Below, one piece after another: positions 10,375-18,843 of a stretch of DNA of 64,000 bases; position 1 is the first letter of the stretch, and each line of letters opens with the position of its first letter. The position numbers and the translations under genes are program-made. This stretch comes from a phage. The notes below the pieces were generated by a model that was not told the DNA's origin, made no database searches, and saw nothing but the letters and a program-made list of their open reading frames with translations. Where the stretch lies: the sequence record PZ445429.1; one strand, 5' to 3'.

Positions 10375-10653
10375 ATGCGAATTTACAACTCAAATTCATT
10401 AGGATTTAAACCTTTGAGAAAACGCGCACAATCTCCGCGTCAGATCAGAAAGGCAAATATTGGTGAGCCAGAAACTAGGCTTCCACCACCTCCGGAGCAG
10501 CGTCTAGTTTATCTAGATGAAGAATTAGCCGAAAGGGAACGCAAAGCTCAAGAAGAAATTGAGCGCAAGAAACTGTGTACTGCTCCTGCATATAACAAGG
10601 GTGGTTATCAGTACGTTTCCAGTGAGGAACAAGCTAAGATGATCGGCAGATAA
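10375..10653 (+). CDS. hypothetical protein (92 aa)
   Basis: promoter 10319-10347, RBS GGAGG. Confidence 0.5.
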   Translation: MRIYNSNSLGFKPLRKRAQSPRQIRKANIGEPETRLPPPPEQRLVYLDEELAERERKAQEEIERKKLCTAPAYNKGGYQYVSSEEQAKMIGR

Positions 10654-10669
10654 TTTTTAAAAAATTCAT

Positions 10670-10698
10670 TTGCTAAACGCTTCAAAATTTCGTATAAT
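10670..10698 (+). promoter_or_regulatory. early promoter TTGCTA-N17-TATAAT
   Basis: AAAAATTCATTTGCTA ... CGTATAATAT. Confidence 0.65.
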
Positions 10699-10736
10699 AT
10701 ATCTCATAAATTGATCAACAAAAAGGAAAACAAATA

Positions 10737-11252
10737 ATGGCTAAGCAGAAAAACGCAAAAACTCAGGCAGCTCCGGCAGTTAAAACTTTCGCTCAGACCG
10801 AAGCCAATCGTAAGGCTCGTCTGGAACGTCATCTGCGTAAGCATCCTACTGATGCTCAGGCTCAGACTGCCCTGAAGTCTGCGGCTCCGGTTCGCCAGAA
10901 GCCGAAGGCCAAGAACTCTACTCGCGCAACTGCTAAGCAGGTTGTGTTCATCAAGGGTGAAGGTCATAAGTCTGTACCGGTAACTCTGAGCTTTAACGGC
11001 GGTGCTGAGATGTTCGCCCGCAACGGTATGGCTCTGAAAGACTACGAAAAAGCAGTCAATCAGAAGCGTAAGCCAATGGCTGACGTAATGCGTGAATCCC
11101 GTGGACAGTTTGGCTCCGTTAAACCGAATATTTTCGGTGTAGAGTATAGCCGTGACAACGTTCGCGCTCTGTGCTACGGTATCGGTATTAAGTTTACTGG
11201 TGCTTCTGATCGTAAATCCGCTAAACCTACTCGTAAGCGTAAAGCGAAGTAA
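10737..11252 (+). CDS. lysine/arginine-rich basic protein, E. coli-optimal codon usage (possible abundant nucleic-acid-binding protein)
   Basis: 171 aa, pI strongly basic, CTG/CGT/CCG-rich codons unlike neighbours; promoter 10670-10698; terminator 11259-11276. Confidence 0.6.
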   Translation: MAKQKNAKTQAAPAVKTFAQTEANRKARLERHLRKHPTDAQAQTALKSAAPVRQKPKAKNSTRATAKQVVFIKGEGHKSVPVTLSFNGGAEMFARNGMALKDYEKAVNQKRKPMADVMRESRGQFGSVKPNIFGVEYSRDNVRALCYGIGIKFTGASDRKSAKPTRKRKAK

Positions 11253-11258
11253 TGATTG

Positions 11259-11280
11259 ATGGGGCGAAAGCCCCATATAC
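11259..11280 (+). terminator. hairpin terminator
   Basis: ATGGGG-CGAAA-GCCCCAT. Confidence 0.5.
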
Positions 11281-11313
11281 TAACTCTTTCTCTGACTAAT
11301 TAAGGATATTTTT

Positions 11314-11529
11314 ATGTTCTCTAAGAAACCACGTTCCGTTACTGAAATCGTTGCTTCCTTTACCACTATTACTGATGAACTTCAAGCTCGTATTGAAGCT
11401 GACCAGAAAACTGCTGCTGATATTCAGAAACAGCAGGAAGAACTCGCTCTGAAACTGGCTGAAACCAATAAGAGTGAAAAATCTGCTCAAACTATTAAGG
11501 AAAATATCCTTAAACTGCTGGGCAAGTAA
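11314..11529 (+). CDS. hypothetical coiled-coil protein (71 aa)
   Basis: ORF with RBS AAGGA, terminator 11538-11554. Confidence 0.5.
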   Translation: MFSKKPRSVTEIVASFTTITDELQARIEADQKTAADIQKQQEELALKLAETNKSEKSAQTIKENILKLLGK

Positions 11530-11537
11530 TTTAAATC

Positions 11538-11560
11538 AGGGGGCGAAAGCCCCTCTTATT
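11538..11560 (+). terminator. hairpin terminator
   Basis: AGGGGG-CGAAA-GCCCCT then CTTATTT. Confidence 0.5.
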
Positions 11561-11570
11561 TGGAGAAACT

Positions 11571-11783
11571 ATGCGTAACTTCGTTGCAAAGAATGATTTT
11601 AACCGTGCTAGCACTCACAAGTCTGCTAGAGACTACACTCGTCTTTCTAAACATGAGCTTCTAGAAGAAATCATGGAAGAAAACTGGGATGTTAGTGAAA
11701 ATGGAACAGACCTGTTTGAAGAAGAGGAACTTCCTCTGAAAGACCCCAAACAGTGGGAGTCTATTAAAGAGACAGCTCTTTAA
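11571..11783 (+). CDS. hypothetical acidic protein (70 aa)
   Basis: ORF with RBS GGAGAAAC. Confidence 0.45.
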   Translation: MRNFVAKNDFNRASTHKSARDYTRLSKHELLEEIMEENWDVSENGTDLFEEEELPLKDPKQWESIKETAL

Positions 11784-11813
11784 TAGTTTTCTACAACAAT
11801 AAAGGACATAATT

Positions 11814-12515
11814 ATGAAATTCAAGCCCTTTGGTATGCTGGACATTGAATCTCTAGGTACTCCAGGAAATTGCGGTACTACTCATATTGCAATGCCTTCT
11901 TTCGCTTTTGTAGCGATGCACGGAATTGATAAAGATCCTGATCTGGTATTCGTTACTCTAGACGTTCAAGATCAGCTTAATGCGGGTGCTAAGGTAACTG
12001 CCTCTACTATTGCATTCTGGATGGATCAAGCTAAAAACAGTCCATCTGCGCTCCATATTATGGAGGCTCTAAATGGTCGTAATCCTAAACTGATTGCCTT
12101 CCGTGATGGTAAGCATCACTGCACTAATGACGTAGGCTCTAATTATGCTGCCTTCTCTATGGCTCAGAACATTATGGAATTGTCTCTAGGAGATAATGCT
12201 CTGTATTACGGCAATGGCCCAGAGTTTGATATGACAATCTACTCTGCAAATACGTTCCATGCCGGAACCCATGAAGAAATAGTTCCGTGGAAATTCTGGA
12301 ACTTAGGTAACGTTCGATCTTTCCGTAATCAGTGGATGCAAGCTGGTTATAGCTATAAAGATCTAGAAGCCGAAGGTGCTAGCTGGGCAAAAGCTAAAAT
12401 GGAAAAGATGGACACCATTCGTTATGGAATCTATCCTGTGAAGCATGATCCAGCATTCGATGCTTTAGTTGAAAGTTATTGTGTAGCCGTCATGATCGAA
12501 AAAATCAAAATTTGA
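11814..12515 (+). CDS. hypothetical protein (233 aa)
   Basis: ORF with RBS AAGGA; no motif recognised. Confidence 0.55.
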   Translation: MKFKPFGMLDIESLGTPGNCGTTHIAMPSFAFVAMHGIDKDPDLVFVTLDVQDQLNAGAKVTASTIAFWMDQAKNSPSALHIMEALNGRNPKLIAFRDGKHHCTNDVGSNYAAFSMAQNIMELSLGDNALYYGNGPEFDMTIYSANTFHAGTHEEIVPWKFWNLGNVRSFRNQWMQAGYSYKDLEAEGASWAKAKMEKMDTIRYGIYPVKHDPAFDALVESYCVAVMIEKIKI

Positions 12516-12517
12516 TT

Positions 12518-12546
12518 TGCTTTCAGCTCCAAAATTCTGTATAATA
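12518..12546 (+). promoter_or_regulatory. early promoter TTGCTT-N17-TATAAT
   Basis: family consensus. Confidence 0.6.
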
Positions 12547-12585
12547 TATTCATAAATTTGAGAGAACAACAAAAGGAAAACAATT

Positions 12586-12768
12586 ATGCCAGTATCTAAA
12601 AACGTCCGTAAAAATGGTAAAGTAGCAAAACGTAACCTGGGTCTGCGTCGTATGGCTGAACGTCAGTCCGGCATCCAGAAAATCTTTAACGTACTGAATC
12701 GCGCCAATCCGAATATTGATAACAGTTCTGATACTGTTCTGCGCACTCTGCTCGCAATCGGTCTGTAA
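12586..12768 (+). CDS. small basic protein (60 aa)
   Basis: promoter 12518-12546, RBS AAAGGAAAA, optimal codons. Confidence 0.5.
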   Translation: MPVSKNVRKNGKVAKRNLGLRRMAERQSGIQKIFNVLNRANPNIDNSSDTVLRTLLAIGL

Positions 12769-12822
12769 TAGACCGTTTTTAAAACAAATTCAAATCTCAA
12801 ACTTCATATAAGGAAGCAAATA

Positions 12823-13461
12823 ATGACTACTCGTATCTCTAAAACTCGTGCTCTGGCAACTATCAAGTCTCTGGAAGCTAAAATCCGTAAAGCTACTGAA
12901 CAACAGCTTTTGATTGCTGTTGGTGAAGGTAAAGACAAGAATCAAGTTGTCGTTGGTGCTGCAATCGAAGTAGATGCTCTGTCTACTCGTATTAAAACTG
13001 ATTTCCAGTCTCTGCTGGATATGATGACCCAGCGTGATCATCTGAAAGCAGCGCTGATCAAGAGCAATGCTGAAACTGTTGTAGAGATCGGTTCCCGCTC
13101 TATGACTGTTGCGGAAGCAATCGAAGCTAAGCGTTCTATGGAACTCAAAGCTCAGTTGCTGGCTAACATGCGTAAGCAGTTCCATGCTGCTACTGTTAAG
13201 TTTAACACTCAAAAGGCTCAGTTTGATGCCAAGTATGAGCGTTTGCAGGATACCATGGCTACCCGTGACAAGAAGACTTCCGAGGATGAAGTTAAGATGC
13301 AGCTTAACCTGCTGGAACTCAAGAACACTCCGTTCCTGATCGATCCGCTGGAGCTGGAAAAGCTGATCAAGCAACACGACGAAGAGTACCAGGACTTTGC
13401 AACCAACGTTGACTTTGTTCTGTCTGAGTCCAACGCCTCTACTTTTATCGAAGTAGAGTAA
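12823..13461 (+). CDS. hypothetical coiled-coil protein (212 aa), high-expression codon usage
   Basis: RBS AAGGAAG; CTG/CGT-rich codons. Confidence 0.55.
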   Translation: MTTRISKTRALATIKSLEAKIRKATEQQLLIAVGEGKDKNQVVVGAAIEVDALSTRIKTDFQSLLDMMTQRDHLKAALIKSNAETVVEIGSRSMTVAEAIEAKRSMELKAQLLANMRKQFHAATVKFNTQKAQFDAKYERLQDTMATRDKKTSEDEVKMQLNLLELKNTPFLIDPLELEKLIKQHDEEYQDFATNVDFVLSESNASTFIEVE

Positions 13462-13846
13462 TAATTTAAAAGACTAGTAAATCGGTAGACGAAAGCCCAA
13501 GCATCTTACCTCGCAGCAGCGGTTGAAATACGAGGTTAAATAAGACCGCTGACCATACTATAAAGTATAATCTATTGGAGATTATGTTTATTACATCAGA
13601 CATTTAATCTGACACGTAAAAACAAAAGGTCGTTGGTAGTACCAACACAACTTCAAAGATCAACGCTCAAGTATGAAAGCTGAAAAGTTAAAAGCACTCA
13701 AACTTCTAACCTTCTAAAGCTAAAAGATGCAAAGTATTCGTTGATGATTCAAACCCTAGATCAAAGGTACATGGCTCATAAGATATGGCCTGTGGCGCCT
13801 CTAGGCTGTTTATCGGTTTACTAGTCTCTCAATTTAAAAATGTATT

Positions 13847-13874
13847 TGCTAATTAGTTTAGTTTTCTGTATAAT
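13847..13874 (+). promoter_or_regulatory. early promoter TTGCTA-N16-TATAAT
   Basis: family consensus. Confidence 0.6.
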
Positions 13875-13904
13875 ATATTTTTAAATTGATGAGACGAGGC
13901 TATT

Positions 13905-14222
13905 ATGATTTTTCATATTCTGATTGATGATGTGCGTAACCTTCATGGAATGGACATTATCATTCGAACCCCCGAAGCCGCTGTTGAGTTTCTGAATAAA
14001 ACCGATACCACCGGACATTTCATTTATATGGATAACGATCTGGCTGTAGATGGTATGGAAGGTTATCAAATTCTTCGATTACTCCTAGAATTTGGTCAGA
14101 GACCCAAGAAAGTGGTACTAGTAACCTCGAACCCAGTAGCTAAAGAGACCATGCGTAATGATCTCTTAGACGAAGGGTATCAAGAAAGCCCTAATCGTAT
14201 TGAGTACGATTGGCCGGAGTAA
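13905..14222 (+). CDS. hypothetical protein (105 aa)
   Basis: promoter 13847-13874, RBS GAGG. Confidence 0.5.
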   Translation: MIFHILIDDVRNLHGMDIIIRTPEAAVEFLNKTDTTGHFIYMDNDLAVDGMEGYQILRLLLEFGQRPKKVVLVTSNPVAKETMRNDLLDEGYQESPNRIEYDWPE

Positions 14223-14677
14223 ATAAAATGAAGGCAGCTTTGCTTTTAATAGCTGCCCTAACCTATAGCTTCAATAGTCATGCGACCTACGACTCAAAGC
14301 AGATTGATTGCATTGCAAAAAATATCTACTTCGAAGCACGAGGTGAGGGCACTAAAGGAATGATCGCAGTTGCACAGGTTACTAAAAACCGTGTTAACTC
14401 TGGTACTTTTCCTGATTCTTACTGTAAAGTAGTATATCAGTCTAACCAGTTCTCTTGGGTGGCCAAGAGACCAAAAGTTGATAAAACCGATGAGGCTTGG
14501 CAAGTTGCTAAGAATTTAGCTAGAGTGATATACTACGTTGATTTACCACAAGATCCAACACATGGAGCGTTATACTTCCATAGTGGTAAAGATAAACCGT
14601 ACTGGACAAAGAAGTTTAAGAAAACAACGAAGATTCAAGGCCATACGTTCTACAAGCCTGTGGTTAAGAAAACTTAA
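14210..14677 (+). CDS. secreted cell-wall hydrolase, SleB/Hydrolase_2-like (putative)
   Basis: signal peptide MKAALLLIAALTYSFNSHA; NIYFEARGEG...AVAQVTKNR...YCKVVYQSNQFSW pattern. Confidence 0.5.
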   Translation: MAGVNKMKAALLLIAALTYSFNSHATYDSKQIDCIAKNIYFEARGEGTKGMIAVAQVTKNRVNSGTFPDSYCKVVYQSNQFSWVAKRPKVDKTDEAWQVAKNLARVIYYVDLPQDPTHGALYFHSGKDKPYWTKKFKKTTKIQGHTFYKPVVKKT

Positions 14678-14686
14678 AAATTCGAT

Positions 14687-14714
14687 TGCTTAAAGCCTTA
14701 AATTTCTGTATAAT
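14687..14714 (+). promoter_or_regulatory. early promoter TTGCTT-N16-TATAAT
   Basis: family consensus. Confidence 0.6.
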
Positions 14715-14746
14715 ACTTTCATAAATTAATGAGAGGAAGCGAAATA

Positions 14747-14917
14747 TGAAATCAGTTGTAATTATTGGTGTTAATACTCGTGGTATCCGTACTACGAAAA
14801 CAGTTAAAACTACTAACGTTGCTGAAATTACTACAAACCCTAAGAAGTTTGATTTCGCCAAAGTCTCAGCAGTTATGACAGAACAATCTTTTAACCAAGC
14901 ACTGGGAATTAAATAAT
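14747..14917 (+). CDS. small ORF (56 aa), not in track
   Basis: promoter 14687-14714 and RBS GAGAGGAAG precede ATG 14747. Confidence 0.4.
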
Positions 14918-15359
14918 GGAAGAGAATATTCTAGATGTTTTGCGTAGGGCTTTGCAGGAATCTAAGGTTGATGGTTCTGATAAAGAAGTAGCTAAAAGCT
15001 ACCAGACCATAATCGGAGATCTTCAGCGTGTTGATAAAGACTTCATTACTTCTGAACAGTTTGTATCTTATCTAAAAGCTCAACTGAAAAGCATTAATCA
15101 GACGAAAGCTAAACTTCACGGTCAAGACCTCGATAATTATAGCTTGCAGTCTGCTCAGTATGAATATATACTGAACAAATGGTTACAGCAGTATTTGCCT
15201 CCTCAGCTATCTGATTCTGAGATTCGCAAATACTTTGCAGAATTAGTTAAGTTGAACCCTGGGATTACAAAAGGTATGCTGATGAAAGCGATTAAGGAAG
15301 AGTTTCCTGGTCGTTACGACGGTGGCATTGCTGCTCAGGTTGCTGGCGAATTTAATTAA
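14916..15359 (+). CDS. hypothetical protein (147 aa)
   Basis: ORF overlapping previous stop (ATGA-type coupling). Confidence 0.5.
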   Translation: MEENILDVLRRALQESKVDGSDKEVAKSYQTIIGDLQRVDKDFITSEQFVSYLKAQLKSINQTKAKLHGQDLDNYSLQSAQYEYILNKWLQQYLPPQLSDSEIRKYFAELVKLNPGITKGMLMKAIKEEFPGRYDGGIAAQVAGEFN

Positions 15360-15367
15360 AAATTGAT

Positions 15368-15396
15368 TTGCTAAACGCCTCAAAATTCTGTATAAT
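15368..15396 (+). promoter_or_regulatory. early promoter TTGCTA-N17-TATAAT
   Basis: family consensus. Confidence 0.6.
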
Positions 15397-15402
15397 AGAT
15401 TC

Positions 15403-15885
15403 ATGAAAAGGAAAGAATACCCTACTAAAGAAATACTTGAAAAATATTTTGTAGCTGATCCTGATAATGGGATACTATATAGGAAAACAAAGAAAGGTTT
15501 GAAAGAGTGTTGTGCCAATAATAAGAAATCACATCCAGATGTGGGATTTCAGGGCGACACCTATCAACTGCATGTCTTATTATTTATTATGTACTATGGA
15601 TATAGGCCTGAAGAAGTAGATCATAAGGATACTAATCCTAGAAATAATAGGAAAAATAATCTAAGGGACGCCTCTAGATCGCAAAATAATGCGAATAGAA
15701 ACCAACAATGCAATAATACTTCTGGGTACAAAGGAGTAAGTTGGGAAGGCTCTTCCTGGAGATACCAAGTAAGACATGAAGGAAAAAATTACAGTAAAAG
15801 AGGGTTTAAAACTGCGGAAGAGGCTTTCGAGGCCTCTAAGATATTAAGAGAATCCTTACATAAAGAATTTACTAACTTTGGTTAG
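15403..15885 (+). CDS. HNH homing endonuclease
   Basis: YYGYRPEEVDHKDTNPRNNRKNNLR...GYKGVSW (HNH plus AP2-like DNA-binding motif); promoter 15368-15396. Confidence 0.7.
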   Translation: MKRKEYPTKEILEKYFVADPDNGILYRKTKKGLKECCANNKKSHPDVGFQGDTYQLHVLLFIMYYGYRPEEVDHKDTNPRNNRKNNLRDASRSQNNANRNQQCNNTSGYKGVSWEGSSWRYQVRHEGKNYSKRGFKTAEEAFEASKILRESLHKEFTNFG

Positions 15886-16513
15886 TAATAGTGGGGTGCC
15901 GAAACCACTTATGTAACAACACTGCCGTCCTAGTATAATAGGTATTATTAGGGCTTCACCGCCTGAAGATGTGGGTTCGAGTCCCACGGTCGGAAAGAGT
16001 TGGATAACTGGTGCTTCTAATGGCGAAGCAATCGCAGGCAGTTGCGCACTGCCAAAACCACGCGGTAGTTGGTTCCAGGCTAACCAACCACTCTTGAAAA
16101 GTATATACTATGGTTTTGCTTGTTCAAGAAGCTTCGCATCGAAAATCGGAGGTGCGATTTTATCCGACCGCGTGGAGGACGTCTCTCCGTTAAGTGACGA
16201 AAAGTGGGACGATTCAGGTAGAGCTGGATATGGAACACCTATACATATGCGGAGTGCGCACAAAGCATATTGCGGTGGTACTAAACGAAATTAGGAGTCA
16301 TGACCTGCACAAGTTTAGTATGTCATAACCGATGTACATTCAGTACAAAAACCACTGAAGCTAAGATAGATAGTCACCTTGACTTAAACTGGAAGATATT
16401 GTCTGACGGAAGGGCTGCAGAGCTTAATCTGAGGGGGCTGACCCTACCTACCGTCGGGTATCTTTAAGAGCTTTTATAAGAGTTCTTAAAAATACCTAAC
16501 AAAAGGAATCAAT
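15886..16513 (+). ncRNA. ~630-nt ORF-poor GC-richer segment with tRNA-like T-arm and hairpins (candidate structured RNA)
   Basis: GUGGG-UUCGAGU-CCCAC T-arm at ~15971-15988, hairpin GGCAGUUGCGCACUGCC, long-range complementarity GGUCGG(15990)/CCGACC(16166); only a low-quality 107-aa ORF. Confidence 0.25.
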
Positions 16514-17023
16514 ATGAATCTAGGAACAACTTGTATCTTTGATCATCAAGAAATGTGTTGCCCTCGTATTCTGCATATAGCACACTTCTCCGAACGATTG
16601 ACGCTTGATCAAGCTCGTGAGAAAATGAGTGAGATTACAGGATACAATCTTCGAGAAGGTGAATACTTTAGCGTAGCTTTGGATTATATCGACAATACTC
16701 GTCTTTATCACTTAGTTCAGCTTGGTGAAGAAACTGAGGAAGTAAAAATGGCGAAAGATACATTACGTCGTTATCGCCCTCAGATTCTAGAGCGTACACT
16801 TCGTGGAGAGCCTAGTGATTACTTCTATATGCGTTGCTATGACGCAGATGCTACTCAATATGTTAATCTAAATCGCTTCTATCATGATGTGAATGATTTT
16901 CTGGACAAGAAATATGATGAATTAATCATAGCATCCAAAGCACAACGTGCCGCTAGAAATGCTGAAAAGGCTGCTAAAGAAGCTGTAGAAAGCCAAACTA
17001 AATTGAACGAAATCATTAAGTAA
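16514..17023 (+). CDS. hypothetical protein (169 aa)
   Basis: ORF with RBS AAAGGAA. Confidence 0.5.
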   Translation: MNLGTTCIFDHQEMCCPRILHIAHFSERLTLDQAREKMSEITGYNLREGEYFSVALDYIDNTRLYHLVQLGEETEEVKMAKDTLRRYRPQILERTLRGEPSDYFYMRCYDADATQYVNLNRFYHDVNDFLDKKYDELIIASKAQRAARNAEKAAKEAVESQTKLNEIIK

Positions 17024-17031
17024 TCAACTTT

Positions 17032-17106
17032 CGGGGTGTAGTCTAAAGGAGAGGCAGGAGTCTTCTAAATTCCTTTATGCAGGTTCGAATCCTGTCACCT
17101 CGGCCA
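17032..17106 (+). tRNA. tRNA-Arg (anticodon UCU)
   Basis: cloverleaf by hand: acceptor CGGGGUG/CACCUCG, anticodon loop CUUCUAA, T-loop UUCGAAU, encoded CCA. Confidence 0.7.
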
Positions 17107-17139
17107 ATTTTATTAACTGTAATTAAACAAAGGAAATAT

Positions 17140-18084
17140 ATGTTTACTAAAAACACTAAAGAACTGACTTCTGAGCAAAAAGTAATTCGCACTATCAAAC
17201 GTTGGGGTGTTGGTGCTGTATTTGGTCTTGGCGCTATTATTCTGGCTCTCAATTCCTACACAGTTGTTCAGGATGGTACTGTTAAGACTCAAACCTTCCT
17301 GGGTAAAGTTAGCCCGAACCCTGTACTGCCCGGCTTCCATATTGTTAACCCATTTGCTTCTTTTGATACTTTTAGTACGAAAGATATTTCTATGAAACTG
17401 GATAAACTTCAGGTTCCTAGCCAGGATAAGTTTAAGTCTACTGTTGACATTACCGTTATGTTGCAGTTTGATGGTGCTAAAGCTCCTATGAACCGTGTTA
17501 ACGCAGGTACTCAGGATCAGGCTCTGAACAAGTACGTTGAAGAGAAGATGCTATCTACGATTCGTGAGTTTGGTAAGTCTGTACCAAAAGCACAAGATCT
17601 GTTCGACGCTAAGATTCAGGCTCAACTGCAAACTGCTATTCAGCAAGAAGTAGAAGAGTATGCGCGTCCTTATGGTTACACCGTTAAGCAAGTATTCCTT
17701 CAGGATATTACTCTGCCACCGGTAATCATGGAACAGGTACAGAACACCAAAGTTCGTGAAGAACAAGTTAACGCTGCAAAAGCTGAACTGGCTCGTGTTG
17801 AACAAGAAGCACAGCAGAAAGTTAAGCAAGCTGAGGCAGATCGTTCCGCTCGTGAAAACATGGCAGTAGCTAACGAACGTGACGCAGATGCTAAACTGTA
17901 CGCAGCTAAGAAAGAAGCTGAAGCTAACGCCGCTCTGCAACGTACCATTACTCCTGAAATGATTCGTTGGAAGCAGCTGGAAGTTGAAATGCTTCGTGCT
18001 GAAAAATACCAAGGTGGTGTACCGCAGACTGTTGTTGGTACTGGCTATGATGGTCAAATGATCATGGATATGCGTAACAAGTAA
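17140..18084 (+). CDS. SPFH/band-7 (prohibitin-like) membrane protein
   Basis: N-terminal TM helix then SPFH-like core and long Ala/Glu/Gln-rich coiled coil; start moved to ATG 17140 because track N-terminus overlaps a tRNA. Confidence 0.55.
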   Translation: MFTKNTKELTSEQKVIRTIKRWGVGAVFGLGAIILALNSYTVVQDGTVKTQTFLGKVSPNPVLPGFHIVNPFASFDTFSTKDISMKLDKLQVPSQDKFKSTVDITVMLQFDGAKAPMNRVNAGTQDQALNKYVEEKMLSTIREFGKSVPKAQDLFDAKIQAQLQTAIQQEVEEYARPYGYTVKQVFLQDITLPPVIMEQVQNTKVREEQVNAAKAELARVEQEAQQKVKQAEADRSARENMAVANERDADAKLYAAKKEAEANAALQRTITPEMIRWKQLEVEMLRAEKYQGGVPQTVVGTGYDGQMIMDMRNK

Positions 18085-18107
18085 TAGTTACACGTAATCT
18101 TCGAACC

Positions 18108-18195
18108 AAGCCCGCGTTTCCTCCGAGAGCGCGGGCTTTTCTGTATTTAAGACAAAAGAAAAGCCCCTTACCTTTCGGCAGGGGCTTTGTTTTTG
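18108..18195. terminator. pair of hairpin terminators between convergent SPFH (+) and Q/M-rich (-) genes
   Basis: AAGCCCGCG...CGCGGGCTTTT and AAAAGCCCCTTACCTTTCGGCAGGGGCTTTGTTTTT. Confidence 0.6.
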
Positions 18196-18401
18196 GTTTA
18201 GAACCATATACTCTTGTTACAGCAACCACCCATACGGGAGACCAATCTTGACTGAAAATCTACTCTAGGGGGCAGGATAAGAGTAGGCTTAAAGGCAAAC
18301 GGATTGAACACCGGTATTTGCGTAAACATTGCTGGAGAGCAACAACGTGCTACAGGCATTGGGCAGCATGACGTAGGTTTTCTACAACACATATAAACTC
18401 C

Positions 18402-18821
18402 TTAGGATTTCTCCCCATTTTGCGCTTTTGCAACTTGACTTTGACAGAAACTGTTAAACTTACCCATAAGTGATACAAGTTGCTTTCCATCCTCTGTTTT
18501 AGCGAAGTCTTCGAAAAGGGCTAGAACAGCCTGTCCTTCCGCAGATACCTGCGGTTGTTGGGTTTGTTGAGTCATCTGCTGCTGTGGTTGCATTTGCTGA
18601 GGCATCATCTGCTGAGGCATCATTTGTTGCATTTGCATTTGCGGCTGCATTTGCATCTGGTTGATGTTTCCCTGCGGGTTTTGCAGGGAATTTTGCATTT
18701 GCTGTGCTTCTGCCAATCTCTGTTGCAACTGTTGTAAGTAGGGGTTATCAAGCCCCGGAACGGGCTGCTGGGAGCCCATACTTTGATTAAATCCGTTGTT
18801 CACAAAACCATATTTACTCAT
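18402..18821 (-). CDS. Gln/Met-rich low-complexity protein (139 aa)
   Basis: minus-strand ORF with RBS GGAGGAG; QMQPQMQMQQMMPQQMMPQQ repeats. Confidence 0.5.
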   Translation of the reverse strand: MSKYGFVNNGFNQSMGSQQPVPGLDNPYLQQLQQRLAEAQQMQNSLQNPQGNINQMQMQPQMQMQQMMPQQMMPQQMQPQQQMTQQTQQPQVSAEGQAVLALFEDFAKTEDGKQLVSLMGKFNSFCQSQVAKAQNGEKS

Positions 18822-18843
18822 GATGGGCTCCTCCCCTTAATTA

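Noticed and set aside
15971-16294. 107-aa ORF inside the structured segment
   Set aside because: No RBS, Gly/Ser/Ala/Arg-rich translation typical of GC-rich non-coding sequence, overlaps the tRNA-like T-arm
17077-17139. Track start of the SPFH ORF at 17077
   Set aside because: That N-terminal extension lies within tRNA-Arg; ATG 17140 with RBS AAGGAAA is the plausible start
18198-18392. 64-aa Cys-rich minus-strand ORF in the convergent terminator region
   Set aside because: No RBS; lies between two terminator hairpins; composition-driven
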